Assembly: GCA_964016885.1 (NCBI GenBank)
Contig: OZ024744.1
Location: 125,240,001-125,304,000, forward strand
Source of the DNA: Eledone cirrhosa
Taxonomy: Eukaryota
Direction of reading: 5' to 3'
Length of the DNA stretch: 64,000 nt
The notes beneath the pieces were generated by a model. It saw only the letters and a program-made list of their open reading frames with translations, was not told where the DNA came from and searched no databases. The stretch's first letter is position 1. Every line of letters starts with the position of its first letter. A program made the translations under genes and the position numbers. Of the stretch, positions 13,301-25,600 are shown in pieces.

Positions 13301-14550
13301 TCTGGAAGTGGCGATCCATGCTCGGTGGATAGTTGGTTCCGGGTTTTACTATGATTGTTGCAAAACAGAAACTTAAAGGGATTGACAGAATTTGCGATTC
13401 CGGAGAGGGGGCGATCCGTCTGCTTGATTCCGATAACGAACGAGACATTCGTATCCGAAAGAACGTTTGTCTGGAAACTGGTGAGTCAGTGAGTCGAAAA
13501 AAAAATATCTCGGTGGTAGTAGCAAATATTCGAACGAGACATTCGTATGCGAAAGAACGTTTGTCGGTGGTAGTAGCAAATATTCGAACGAGACATTCGT
13601 ATGCGAAAGAACGTTTGTCTGGAAGTGGCGATCCATGCCCGGTGGATAGTTGGTTCCGGGTTTTACTATGATTGTTGCAAAACAGAAACTTAAAGGGATT
13701 GACAGAATTTGCGATTCCGGAGAGGGGGCGATCCGTCTGCTTGATTCCGATAACGAACGAGACATTCGTATCCGAAAGAACGTTTGTCTGGAAACTGGTG
13801 AGTCAGTGAGTCGAAAAAAAAAATATCTCGGTGGTAGTAGCAAATATTCGAACGAGACATTCGTATGCGAAAGAACGTTTGTCGGTGGTAGTAGCAAATA
13901 TTCGAACGAGACATTCGTATGCGAAAGAACGTTTGTCGGTGGTAGTAGCAAATATTCGAACGAGACATTCGTAGGCGAAAGAAAAATATCTCGGTGGTAG
14001 TAGCAAATATTCGAACGAGACATTCGTATGCGAAAGAACGTTTGTCGGTGGTAGTAGCAAATATTCGAACGAGACATTCGTATGCGAAAGAACGTTTGTC
14101 TGGAAGTGGCGATCCATGCTCGGTGGATAGTTGGTTCCGGGTTTTACTATGATTGTTGCAAAACAGAAACTTAAAGGGATTGACAGAATTTGCGATTCCG
14201 GAGAGGGGGCGATCCGTCTGCTTGATTCCGATAACGAACGAGACATTCGTATCCGAAAGAACGTTTGTCTGGAAACTGGTGAGTCAGTGAGTCGAAAAAA
14301 AAATATCTCGGTGGTAGTAGCAAATATTCGTATGCGAAAGAAAAGATCTCGGTGGTAGTAGCAAATATTCGAACGAGACATTCGTATGCGAAAGAAAAAT
14401 ATCTCGGTGGTAGTAGCAAATATTCGAACGAGACATTCGTATTCGAAAGAACGTTTGTCTGGAAGTTGCGATCCATGCCCGGTGGATAGTTGGTTCCGGG
14501 CTTTACTATGATTGTTGCAAAACAGAAACTTAAAGGAATTGACAGAATTT
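7318..14550 (+). repeat. rRNA-derived chimeric satellite, ~20 units of 263-481 bp with a 54-bp subrepeat
   Basis: The anchor TTGGTTCCGGG occurs 20 times (7570-14490). Main unit sizes are 263, 317, 371 and 425 (209 + n x 54). Units contain 18S motifs (GATTCCGGAGAGGG, TTCCGATAACGAACGAGAC, GTTGCAAA.C.GAAACTTAAAGG.ATTGAC) and the 28S motif GGTGGTAGTAGCAAATATTC.AACGAGA. Confidence 0.92.
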
Positions 14551-14574
14551 TCGAATCGACATCAACTCGGCTAC

Positions 14575-14930
14575 GGCTATCCCGTCGAGTACGAGAGTAT
14601 CGCGGGATCAGAGCAACGGTTTGCTAGGCTGCCTCTGAGCGATAACGGCTGAACGCCTCCTCTAAGCCGGAACCCTAGCCGGACCCGAGTTGTTTTTCGA
14701 CAAGCGTCTCGACCTTCTTAAGGCCCATGCCTTAGTTTGGCGATTGCCGTCCGTTCGCCGACGGCGGCAGCGTCAGCGGAAATGCCATTCTGTGACGACT
14801 ACGACGATTCGTCGTCGTCGTCGTCCATTCGATTTCCTGAAAGAGATAGAGACTAAAGTGATCAAATTGTTCGGAGTTACGTGCTTAGTAGAGCAGCTAC
14901 CACACTGCAATCTATTGAGAGTTTTCTGAC
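14575..14930 (+). pseudogene. 28S rRNA 3' fragment (sarcin-ricin loop region to 3' end), degenerate
   Basis: AGTACGAGAG (SRL core, 14588-14597), GATAACGGCTGAACGCCTC..TAAG and TAGTAGAGCAGCTACCACACTGCAATCTATTGAGA occur in the correct LSU 3' order. Confidence 0.8.
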
Positions 14931-15664
14931 GAACGATACAATCCGCCCACGTGGCGCCAGAAAGGGAGAAGAAAAGAAAAGTTAGACGCCGCCGATCGAT
15001 CGGTTCGTTGTTTTACGTGTACACAGCTTGTGTGTGTGTCTGTATGTGATACAAGCCGCCTATCCGTCTTCCAAGTAAGTTTTGTGTGTAGACTGCGGAA
15101 AGAAATCCAATCCGCCGTCTAGGCGGTTCTGCCGCCGACCCATACTTTTGCGAGTCGCTCCCGGGAAAGACAGGCGGCAAGACGGCGTGTATACACGACG
15201 CCTTCCGTCTTCCGCCTCGAACCCGGGCAAACGTTCCTTTATTCGTCCACGCCTTCCCGCTTCGATCGCGAGAAAGTAATCAATCTGTTTTGTGTGTGTG
15301 TCTGTGTGTGATACAAATTTGTTTTCTTAATTTGATAACCATGAATTGTTTCAACACCGGCCCTTTTAAGGGCCACTTATATTTTCAATAATCAGTTTAA
15401 ATGGGTTGCACCGTAGCCACTTGGTAATACACTGCAAATCTCCCGTCAATCTATGAAGGTTTTGTAGTAGATTAGATCAAAACACAATCAGCAAGACAGT
15501 AATGGAATGAATAATATAAACATTTGTTTATAATTAAAGCCTTAAGATGTCCCTCCCTCCCTCCCTTCCTCCCTTCCTTCCTTCCTTCCTTCCTTCCTTA
15601 CGATATACACTTTAATAACATTGAAACTTATTTAATAAGTTTAAATTTTAAACACTTTTTATTC

Positions 15665-15797
15665 AGACGTACCGCGATAAGTAACTAGATATGTTCTAAC
15701 GAATAATCCGCGATGTGGCGAGGATTACCGCGATAGGAAATTAGATACGTTCCAAAGAAATATCCGCGAAAAGTGAACCGCGATATAGCGGGTTCAC
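15665..15797. mobile_element. Probable MITE remnant with repeated ACCGCGATA motifs and a terminal hairpin
   Basis: CCGCGA(T/A) occurs five times and ends in the fold-back GTGAACCGCGATATAGCGGGTTCAC. Confidence 0.4.
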
Positions 15798-15799
15798 CA

Positions 15800-15860
15800 G
15801 CCAGTGTATTACTGGTACTTTATTTTATCGACCCCCATAAGGATGAAAGGCAAAGTTAAC
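15800..15860 (-). mobile_element. SINE fragment
   Basis: Reverse complement of the SINE core (GGATGAAAGGCAAAGTTAAC, TTTTATCGACCCC, ACTGGTAC). Confidence 0.65.
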
Positions 15861-15952
15861 TGTGCAATAACAAAGGGAGATAACCTCGTCTTTTTTTTTT
15901 TACGGAGTTATTTCCCTTTAAATTTTATCTATTACTTATGATGATACAATTT

Positions 15953-16086
15953 AATCAGTTCTTAGCTGTCGAGACACTGCATCCTTTAAAACCTCCATGG
16001 AACAAGCTACCTGCAACAGTTGTTAGCTGTCGAGACACTGCATCTTTTAAAACCTCCATGGAACAAACTACCTGCATCAGTTGTTA
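15953..16086 (+). repeat. 61-bp tandem duplication derived from the CR1 ORF2 3' end
   Basis: CATGGAACAA.CT.CCTGC..CAGTTGTTAGCTGTCGAGACACTGCATC matches the reverse complement of 45270-45330 (WNKLPASIVSCRDTASFK). Confidence 0.8.
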
Positions 16087-16146
16087 GGGTCTGAGTTCAA
16101 ATCACGCCGAGGAGGTTAACTTTGCCTTTCATCCTTACGGGGTCGG
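16087..16146 (+). mobile_element. SINE fragment
   Basis: GGTCTGAGTTCAAATCACGCCGAG..GTTAACTTTGCCTTTCATCCTTACGGGGTCG is nearly identical to 42801-42855. Confidence 0.75.
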
Positions 16147-16355
16147 TCGGAAAACGAACCATTCCCGGTTCGCTTTCGAAGCGGGTTTCCGAAAACAGCG
16201 CTTCTCTCGACCGGGCCCGTCGTCCGCTCGGCGGTGGTTTTCATCGTCCCAGGCACGGCTAACAGGCGGAGACGGGACAAACGCGCGTGTTCCTTTTTTT
16301 ATCAGCCGCAGCGCCGTTCGTATATATGCTTAGGTTGTTTTTTTTTTAAATATCC

Positions 16356-16602
16356 TAAGTTAAGTTGGGGCTAAGTTAAGTTGGGGCTAAGTTAAGTTGA
16401 GGTTAAGTTGAGTTGGGGTTAAGTTAAGTGGGGGTTAAGTTAAGCTGGGGTTAAGTTAAGTTGAGGTTAAGTTAAGTTGGGGTTAAGTCAAGTTGGGGTT
16501 AAGTCAAGTTGGGGTTAAGTTAAGTTGGGGTTAAGTTAGGTTGGGGTTAAGTTAGGTTGGGGTTAAGTTAAGTTGGGGTTAAGTTAGGTTGCGGTTAAGT
16601 TA
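16356..16602 (+). repeat. 16-bp G-rich minisatellite (GGGGTTAAGTTAAGTT)n, ~15 copies
   Basis: Directly visible. It abuts the palindromic satellite. Confidence 0.92.
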
Positions 16603-19600
16603 CATTCGCCGCCGGACTTCAGCTTCCTCATTTAGCATGGGCAGTTTTTCTTGAAAATCACACCACACACAGCAAATATGTGTCCGCACATGTACCAGTA
16701 ATTACAGATCGATTCCGGTGAAAATTCACTGAAAACGGGCCATCCGGCCCTGTGCGTCGATCGTGGGCCGGCCGGATGTTGACGGATCGATGTGTAATTA
16801 GAAGTACATGTGCGGACACTCATTGGCTGTGCGTGGTATGCATTTCAGCAAGATATCTCCGTAACATCAAGAGTTATGGCTGTGGAGGCACACCTAGTCA
16901 AACGTAAACAAGGTCTGGAGCGTTTACGCTTCGCGATTTTGTTTACGTTTGACTAGGTGTGCCTCCACAGCCACAACTCTTGATGTTACGGAGATATCTT
17001 GCTGAAATGCATACCGCGCACAGCCAATGAGTGTCCGCACATGTACTTCTAATTACACATCGATCCGTCAACATCCGGCCGGCCCACGATCGACGCACAG
17101 GGCCGGATGGCCCGTTTTCAGTGAATTTTCACCGGAATCGATCTGTAATTACTGGTACATGTGCGGAGACACATTTGCTGTGTGTGGTGTGATTTTCAAG
17201 AAAAACTGCCCATGCTAAATGAGGAAGCTGAAGTCCGCCGGCGAATGGTGTGCTTCGAAGAAAACTAATTCGAAAATGACCGTTTGCAGGCGGAGTAACC
17301 TTTTCGATCGTGGGCCAGCCGCCCGTGGTGGGATCCATCTGTAATTACTGGTACATGTGCGGACATACATTTGCTGTGTGTGGTGTGATTTTCAAGAAGA
17401 ACTGCCCATGCTAAATGAGGAAGCTGAAGTCCGCCGGCGAATGGTGTGCTTCGAAGAAAACTAATTCGAAAATGACCGTTTGCAGGCGGGGTAACCTTTT
17501 CGATCGTGGGCCAGCCGCCCGTGGTGGGATCCATCTGTAATTACTGGTACATGTGCGGACACACATTTGCTGTGTGTGGTGTGATTTTCGAGAAAGACTG
17601 CCCATGCTAAATGAGGAAGCTGAAGTCCGCCGGCGAATGGTGTGCTTCGAAGAAAACTAATTCGAAAATGACTATTTGCCGGCGGAATCACCTTTTCGGT
17701 CCTGGTCCGGCCGGATCTTGCCGGATCGATCGGAAATTTGTGGACCATGTTCGGAAGGCCATTGTGCATGTGTGGTGAAAAAAATTTGTGTCGAAATCTT
17801 CTCGGAAAATAACGGATCGCCGGCGGAGATTGCCATTTCGATCGTGGGCCGGCCGGATCTTGTCGGATCGATTCGGACATATGTGCATCGTGTTCGCAAG
17901 GCCCTTGTCTATGTGTGGTGTGATTTTCATAAAGAAATTCCGAAAAACCCAGTTTTAAATCTGATTTCGCCAAAGAATTTTGGCTATCAGATCGGGTTGA
18001 AAGGTATGGTTTCAGGTCGATCTGAAAGTCTAAAATGGAATTCACTCGGTTAGCTAACTATTGATATTTCGGAGATATCTTTCTGAAAATCACACCACAC
18101 ACTCCCAATGAGTGTCTGCACATGTACCAGTAATTACAGATGGATCCCACCACGGGCGGCCGGCCCACGATCGAAAAGGTTACTCCGAAGCACACCATTC
18201 GCCGGCGGAATTCATTTAGCATGGGCAGTTTTTCTCGAAAATCACACCACACACAGCCAATGAGTGTCCGCACATGTACCAGTAATTACAGATGGATCCC
18301 ACCACGGGCGGCTGGCCCACGATCGAAAAGGTTACTCCGCCTGCAAACGGTCATTTTCGAATTCGTTTTCTTCGAAGCACACGATTCGCCGGCGGACTTC
18401 AGCTGCCTCATTTAGCATGGGCAGTTTTTCTCGAAAATCACACCACACACAGCAAATGTGTGTCCGCACATGTACCAGTAATTACAGATCGATTCCGGTG
18501 AAAATTCACTGAAAACGGGCCATTCGGCCCTGTGCATCGATCGTGGGCCGGCCGGATGTTGACGGATCGATGTGTAATTAGAAGTACATGTGCGGACACT
18601 CATTGGCTGTGCGTGGTATGCATTTCAGCAAGATATCTCCGTAACATCAAGAGTTATGGCTGTGGAGGCACACCTAGTCAAACGTAAACAAGCTCTGGAG
18701 CGTATACGCTTCGCGATTTTGTTTACGTTTGACTAGGTGTGCCTCCACAGCCACAACTCTTGATGTTACGGAGATATCTTGCTGAAATGCATACCACGCA
18801 CAGCCAATGAGTGTCCGCACATGTACTTCTAATTACACATCGATCCGTCAACATCCGGCCGGCCCACGATCGACGCACAGGGCCGGATGGCCCGTTTTCA
18901 GTGAATTTTCACCGGAATCGATCTGTAATTACTGGTACATGTGCGGAGACACATTTGCTGTGTGTGGTGTGATTTTCAAGAAAAACTGCCCATGCTAAAT
19001 GAGGAAGCTGAAGTCCGCCGGCGAATGGTGTGCTTCGAAGAAAACTAATTCGAAAATGACCGTTTGCAGGCGGAGTAACCTTTTCGATCGTGGGCCAGCC
19101 GCCCGTGGTGGGATCCATCTGTAATTACTGGTACATGTGCGGACATACATTTGCTGTGTGTGGTGTGATTTTCAAGAAGAACTGCCCATGCTAAATGAGG
19201 AAGCTGAAGTCCGCCGGCGAATGGTGTGCTTCGAAGAAAACTAATTCGAAAATGACCGTTTGCAGGCGGGGTAACCTTTTCGATCGTGGGCCAGCCGCCC
19301 GTGGTGGGATCCATCTGTAATTACTGGTACATGTGCGGACACACATTTGCTGTGTGTGGTGTGATTTTCGAGAAAGACTGCCCATGCTAAATGAGGAAGC
19401 TGAAGTCCGCCGGCGAATGGTGTGCTTCGAAGAAAACTAATTCGAAAATGACTATTTGCCGGCGGAATCACCTTTTCGGTCCTGGTCCGGCCGGATCTTG
19501 CCGGATCGATCGGAAATTTGTGGACCATGTTCGGAAGGCCATTGTGCATGTGTGGTGAAAAAAATTTGTGTCGAAATCTTCTCGGAAAATAACGGATCGC

Positions 19601-22600
19601 CGGCGGAGATTGCCATTTCGATCGTGGGCCGGCCGGATCTTGTCGGATCGATTCGGACATATGTGCATCTTGTTCGCAAGGCCCTTGTCTATGTGTGGTG
19701 TGATTTTCATAAAGAAATTCCGAAAAACCCAGTTTTAAATCTGATTTCGCCAAAGAATTTTGGCTATCAGATCGGGTTGAAAGGTATGGTTTCAGGTCGA
19801 TCTGAAAGTCTAAAATGGAATTCACTCGGTTAGCTAACTTTTGATATATCGGAGATATCTTTCTGAAAATCACACCACACACTCCCAATGAGTGTCTGCA
19901 CATGTACCAGTAATTACAGATGGATCCCACCACGGGCGGCCGGCCCACGATCGAAAAGGTTACTCCGAAGCACACCATTCGCCGGCGGAATTCATTTAGC
20001 ATGGGCAGTTTTTCTTGAAAATCACACCACACACAGCCAATGAGTGTCCGCACATGTACCAGTAATTACAGATGGATCCCACCACGGGCGGCTGGCCCAC
20101 GATCGAAAAGGTTACTCCGCCTGCAAACGGTCATTTTCGAATTAGTTTTCTTCGAAGCACACCATTCGCCGGCGGACTTCAGCTTCCTCATTTAGCATGG
20201 GCAGTTTTTCTCGAAAATCACACCACACACAGCAAATGTGTGTCCGCACATGTACCAGTAATTACAGATCGATTCCGGTGAAAATTCACTGAAAACGGGC
20301 CATTCTGCCCTGTGCGTCGATCGTGGGCCGGCCGGATGTTGACGGATCGATGTGTAATTAGAAGTACATGTGCGGACACTCATTGGCTGTGCGTGGTATG
20401 CATTTCAGCAAGATATCTCCGTAACATCAAGAGTTATGGCTGTGGAGGCACACCTAGTCAAACGTAAACAAGCTCTGGAGCGTATACGCTTCGCGATTTT
20501 GTTTACGTTTGACTAGGTGTGCCTCCACAGCCACAACTCTTGATGTTACGGAGATATCTTGCTGAAATGCATACCACGCACAGCCAATGAGTGTCCGCAC
20601 ATGTACTTCTAATTACACATCGATCCGTCAACATCCGGCCGGCCCACGATCGACGCACAGGGCCGGATGGCCCGTTTGCAGTGAATTTTCACCGGAATCG
20701 ATCTGTAATTACTGGTACATGTGCGGACACACATTTGCTGTGTGTGGTGTGATTTTCGAGAAAGACTGCCCATGCTAAATGAGGAAGCTGAAGTCCGCCG
20801 GCGAATGGTGTGCTTCGAAGAAAACTAATTCGAAAATGACTATTTGCCGGCGGAATCACCTTTTCGGTCCTGGTCCGGCCGGATCTTGCCGGATCGATCG
20901 GAAATTTGTGGACCATGTTCGGAAGGCCATTGTGCATGTGTGGTGAAAAAAATTTGTGTCGAAATCTTCTCGGAAAATAACGGATCGCCGGCGGAGATTG
21001 CCATTTCGATCGTGGGCCGGCCGGATCTTGTCGGATCGATTCGGACATATGTGCATCGTGTTCGCAAGGCCCTTGTCTATGTGTGGTGTGATTTTCATAA
21101 AGAAATTCCGAAAAACCCAGTTTTAAATCTGATTTCGCCAAAGAATTTTGGCTATCAGATCGGGTTGAAAGGTATGGTTTCAGGTCGATCTGAAAGTCTA
21201 AAATGGAATTCACTCGGTTAGCTAACTTTTGATATATCGGAGATATCTTTCTGAAAATCACACCACACACTCCCAATGAGTGTCTGCACATGTACCAGTA
21301 ATTACAGATGGATCCCACCACGGGCGGCCGGCCCACGATCGAAAAGGTTACTCCGAAGCACACCATTCGCCGGCGGAATTCATTTAGCATGGGCAGTTTT
21401 TCTTGAAAATCACACCACACACAGCCAATGAGTGTCCGCACATGTACCAGTAATTACAGATGGATCCCACCACGGGCGGCTGGCCCACGATCGAAAAGGT
21501 TACTCCGCCTGCAAACGGTCATTTTCGAATTAGTTTTCTTCGAAGCACACCATTCGCCGGCGGACTTCAGCTTCCTCATTTAGCATGGGCAGTTTTTCTC
21601 GAAAATCACACCACACACAGCAAATGTGTGTCCGCACATGTACCAGTAATTACAGATCGATTCCGGTGAAAATTCACTGAAAACGGGCCATTCTGCCCTG
21701 TGCGTCGATCGTGGGCCGGCCGGATGTTGACGGATCGATGTGTAATTAGAAGTACATGTGCGGACACTCATTGGCTGTGCGTGGTATGCATTTCAGCAAG
21801 ATATCTCCGTAACATCAAGAGTTATGGCTGTGGAGGCACACCTAGTCAAACGTAAACAAGCTCTGGAGCGTATACGCTTCGCAATTTTGTTTACGTTTGA
21901 CTAGGTGTGCCTCCACAGCCACAACTCTTGATGTTACGGAGATATCTTGCTGAAATGCATACCACGCACAGCCAATGAGTGTCCGCACATGTACTTCTAA
22001 TTACACATCGATCCGTCAACATCCGGCCGGCCCACGATCGACGCACAGGGCCGGATGGCCCGTTTGCAGTGAATTTTCACCGGAATCGATCTGTAATTAC
22101 TGGTACATGTGCGGACACACATTTGCTGTGTGTGGTGTGATTTTCGAGAAAGACTGCCCATGCTAAATGAGGAAGCTGAAGTCCGCCGGCGAATGGTGTG
22201 CTTCGAAGAAAACTAATTCGAAAATGACTATTTGCCGGCGGAATCACCTTTTCGGTCCTGGTCCGGCCGGATCTTGCCGGATCGATCGGAAATTTGTGGA
22301 CCATGTTCGGAAGGCCATTGTGCATGTGTGGTGAAAAAAATTTGTGTCGAAATCTTCTCGGAAAATAACGGATCGCCGGCGGAGATTGCCATTTCGATCG
22401 TGGGCCGGCCGGATCTTGTCGGATCGATTCGGACATATGTGCATCGTGTTCGCAAGGCCCTTGTCTATGTGTGGTGTGATTTTCATAAAGAAATTCCGAA
22501 AAACCCAGTTTTAAATCTGATTTCGCCAAAGAATTTTGGCTATCAGATCGGGTTGAAAGGTATGGTTTCAGGTCGATCTGAAAGTCTAAAATGGAATTCA

Positions 22601-25600
22601 CTCGGTTAGCTAACTTTTGATATATCGGAGATATCTTTCTGAAAATCACACCACACACTCCCAATGAGTGTCTGCACATGTACCAGTAATTACAGATGGA
22701 TCCCACCACGGGCGGCCGGCCCACGATCGAAAAGGTTACTCCGAAGCACACCATTCGCCGGCGGAATTCATTTAGCATGGGCAGTTTTTCTTGAAAATCA
22801 CACCACACACAGCCAATGAGTGTCCGCACATGTACCAGTAATTACAGATGGATCCCACCACGGGCGGCTGGCCCACGATCGAAAAGGTTACTCCGCCTGC
22901 AAACGGTCATTTTCGAATTAGTTTTCTTCGAAGCACACCATTCGCCGGCGGACTTCAGCTTCCTCATTTAGCATGGGCAGTTTTTCTCGAAAATCACACC
23001 ACACACAGCAAATGTGTGTCCGCACATGTACCAGTAATTACAGATCGATTCCGGTGAAAATTCACTGAAAACGGGCCATTCTGCCCTGTGCGTCGATCGT
23101 GGGCCGGCCGGATGTTGACGGATCGATGTGTAATTAGAAGTACATGTGCGGACACTCATTGGCTGTGCGTGGTATGCATTTCAGCAAGATATCTCCGTAA
23201 CATCAAGAGTTATGGCTGTGGAGGCACACCTAGTCAAACGTAAACAAGCTCTGGAGCGTATACGCTTCGCGATTTTGTTTACGTTTGACTAGGTGTGCCT
23301 CCACAGCCACAACTCTTGATGTTACGGAGATATCTTGCTGAAATGCATACCACGCACAGCCAATGAGTGTCCGCACATGTACTTCTAATTACACATCGAT
23401 CCGTCAACATCCGGCCGGCCCACGATCGACGCACAGGGCCGGATGGCCCGTTTGCAGTGAATTTTCACCGGAATCGATCTGTAATTACTGGTACATGTGC
23501 GGACACACATTTGCTGTGTGTGGTGTGATTTTCGAGAAAGACTGCCCATGCTAAATGAGGAAGCTGAAGTCCGCCGGCGAATGGTGTGCTTCGAAGAAAA
23601 CTAATTCGAAAATGACTATTTGCCGGCGGAATCACCTTTTCGGTCCTGGTCCGGCCGGATCTTGCCGGATCGATCGGAAATTTGTGGACCATGTTCGGAA
23701 GGCCATTGTGCATGTGTGGTGAAAAAAATTTGTGTCGAAATCTTCTCGGAAAATAACGGATCGCCGGCGGAGATTGCCATTTCGATCGTGGGCCGGCCGG
23801 ATCTTGTCGGATCGATTCGGACATATGTGCATCGTGTTCGCAAGGCCCTTGTCTATGTGTGGTGTGATTTTCATAAAGAAATTCCGAAAAACCCAGTTTT
23901 AAATCTGATTTCGCCAAAGAATTTTGGCTATCAGATCGGGTTGAAAGGTATGGTTTCAGGTCGATCTGAAAGTCTAAAATGGAATTCACTCGGTTAGCTA
24001 ACTTTTGATATATCGGAGATATCTTTCTGAAAATCACACCACACACTCCCAATGAGTGTCTGCACATGTACCAGTAATTACAGATGGATCCCACCACGGG
24101 CGGCCGGCCCACGATCGAAAAGGTTACTCCGAAGCACACCATTCGCCGGCGGAATTCATTTAGCATGGGCAGTTTTTCTTGAAAATCACACCACACACAG
24201 CCAATGAGTGTCCGCACATGTACCAGTAATTACAGATGGATCCCACCACGGGCGGCTGGCCCACGATCGAAAAGGTTACTCCGCCTGCAAACGGTCATTT
24301 TCGAATTAGTTTTCTTCGAAGCACACCATTCGCCGGCGGACTTCAGCTTCCTCATTTAGCATGGGCAGTTTTTCTCGAAAATCACACCACACACAGCAAA
24401 TGTGTGTCCGCACATGTACCAGTAATTACAGATCGATTCCGGTGAAAATTCACTGAAAACGGGCCATTCTGCCCTGTGCGTCGATCGTGGGCCGGCCGGA
24501 TGTTGACGGATCGATGTGTAATTAGAAGTACATGTGCGGACACTCATTGGCTGTGCGTGGTATGCATTTCAGCAAGATATCTCCGTAACATCAAGAGTTA
24601 TGGCTGTGGAGGCACACCTAGTCAAACGTAAACAAGCTCTGGAGCGTATACGCTTCGCAATTTTGTTTACGTTTGACTAGGTGTGCCTCCACAGCCACAA
24701 CTCTTGATGTTACGGAGATATCTTGCTGAAATGCATACCACGCACAGCCAATGAGTGTCCGCACATGTACTTCTAATTACACATCGATCCGTCAACATCC
24801 GGCCGGCCCACGATCGACGCACAGGGCCGGATGGCCCGTTTGCAGTGAATTTTCACCGGAATCGATCTGTAATTACTGGTACATGTGCGGACACACATTT
24901 GCTGTGTGTGGTGTGATTTTCGAGAAAGACTGCCCATGCTAAATGAGGAAGCTGAAGTCCGCCGGCGAATGGTGTGCTTCGAAGAAAACTAATTCGAAAA
25001 TGACTATTTGCCGGCGGAATCACCTTTTCGGTCCTGGTCCGGCCGGATCTTGCCGGATCGATCGGAAATTTGTGGACCATGTTCGGAAGGCCATTGTGCA
25101 TGTGTGGTGAAAAAAATTTGTGTCGAAATCTTCTCGGAAAATAACGGATCGCCGGCGGAGATTGCCATTTCGATCGTGGGCCGGCCGGATCTTGTCGGAT
25201 CGATTCGGACATATGTGCATCGTGTTCGCAAGGCCCTTGTCTATGTGTGGTGTGATTTTCATAAAGAAATTCCGAAAAACCCAGTTTTAAATCTGATTTC
25301 GCCAAAGAATTTTGGCTATCAGATCGGGTTGAAAGGTATGGTTTCAGGTCGATCTGAAAGTCTAAAATGGAATTCACTCGGTTAGCTAACTTTTGATATA
25401 TCGGAGATATCTTTCTGAAAATCACACCACACACTCCCAATGAGTGTCTGCACATGTACCAGTAATTACAGATGGATCCCACCACGGGCGGCCGGCCCAC
25501 GATCGAAAAGGTTACTCCGAAGCACACCATTCGCCGGCGGAATTCATTTAGCATGGGCAGTTTTTCTTGAAAATCACACCACACACAGCCAATGAGTGTC

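Larger units (their letters stand above)
1..15185. repeat. Copy 1 of a large direct repeat (offset ~53.08 kb)
   Basis: Sequence from position 1 recurs from 53078 (ORF 187 matches 53262, 4096 matches 57164, 14690 matches 63505). Differences are mostly microsatellite and array lengths plus a few SNPs. Confidence 0.97.

Noticed and set aside
7318-14550. CRISPR array or repeat-protein ORFs (up to 412-439 aa)
   Set aside because: There are no unique spacers and no cas genes, and the context is eukaryotic. The ORFs arise from a stop-poor 54-bp unit, switch frames between units and mostly lack ATG starts.
7127-14930. Functional 18S/28S rRNA genes
   Set aside because: Only the termini and scrambled short motifs are present. 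There is no contiguous core or 5.8S, and the SRL flank is altered.
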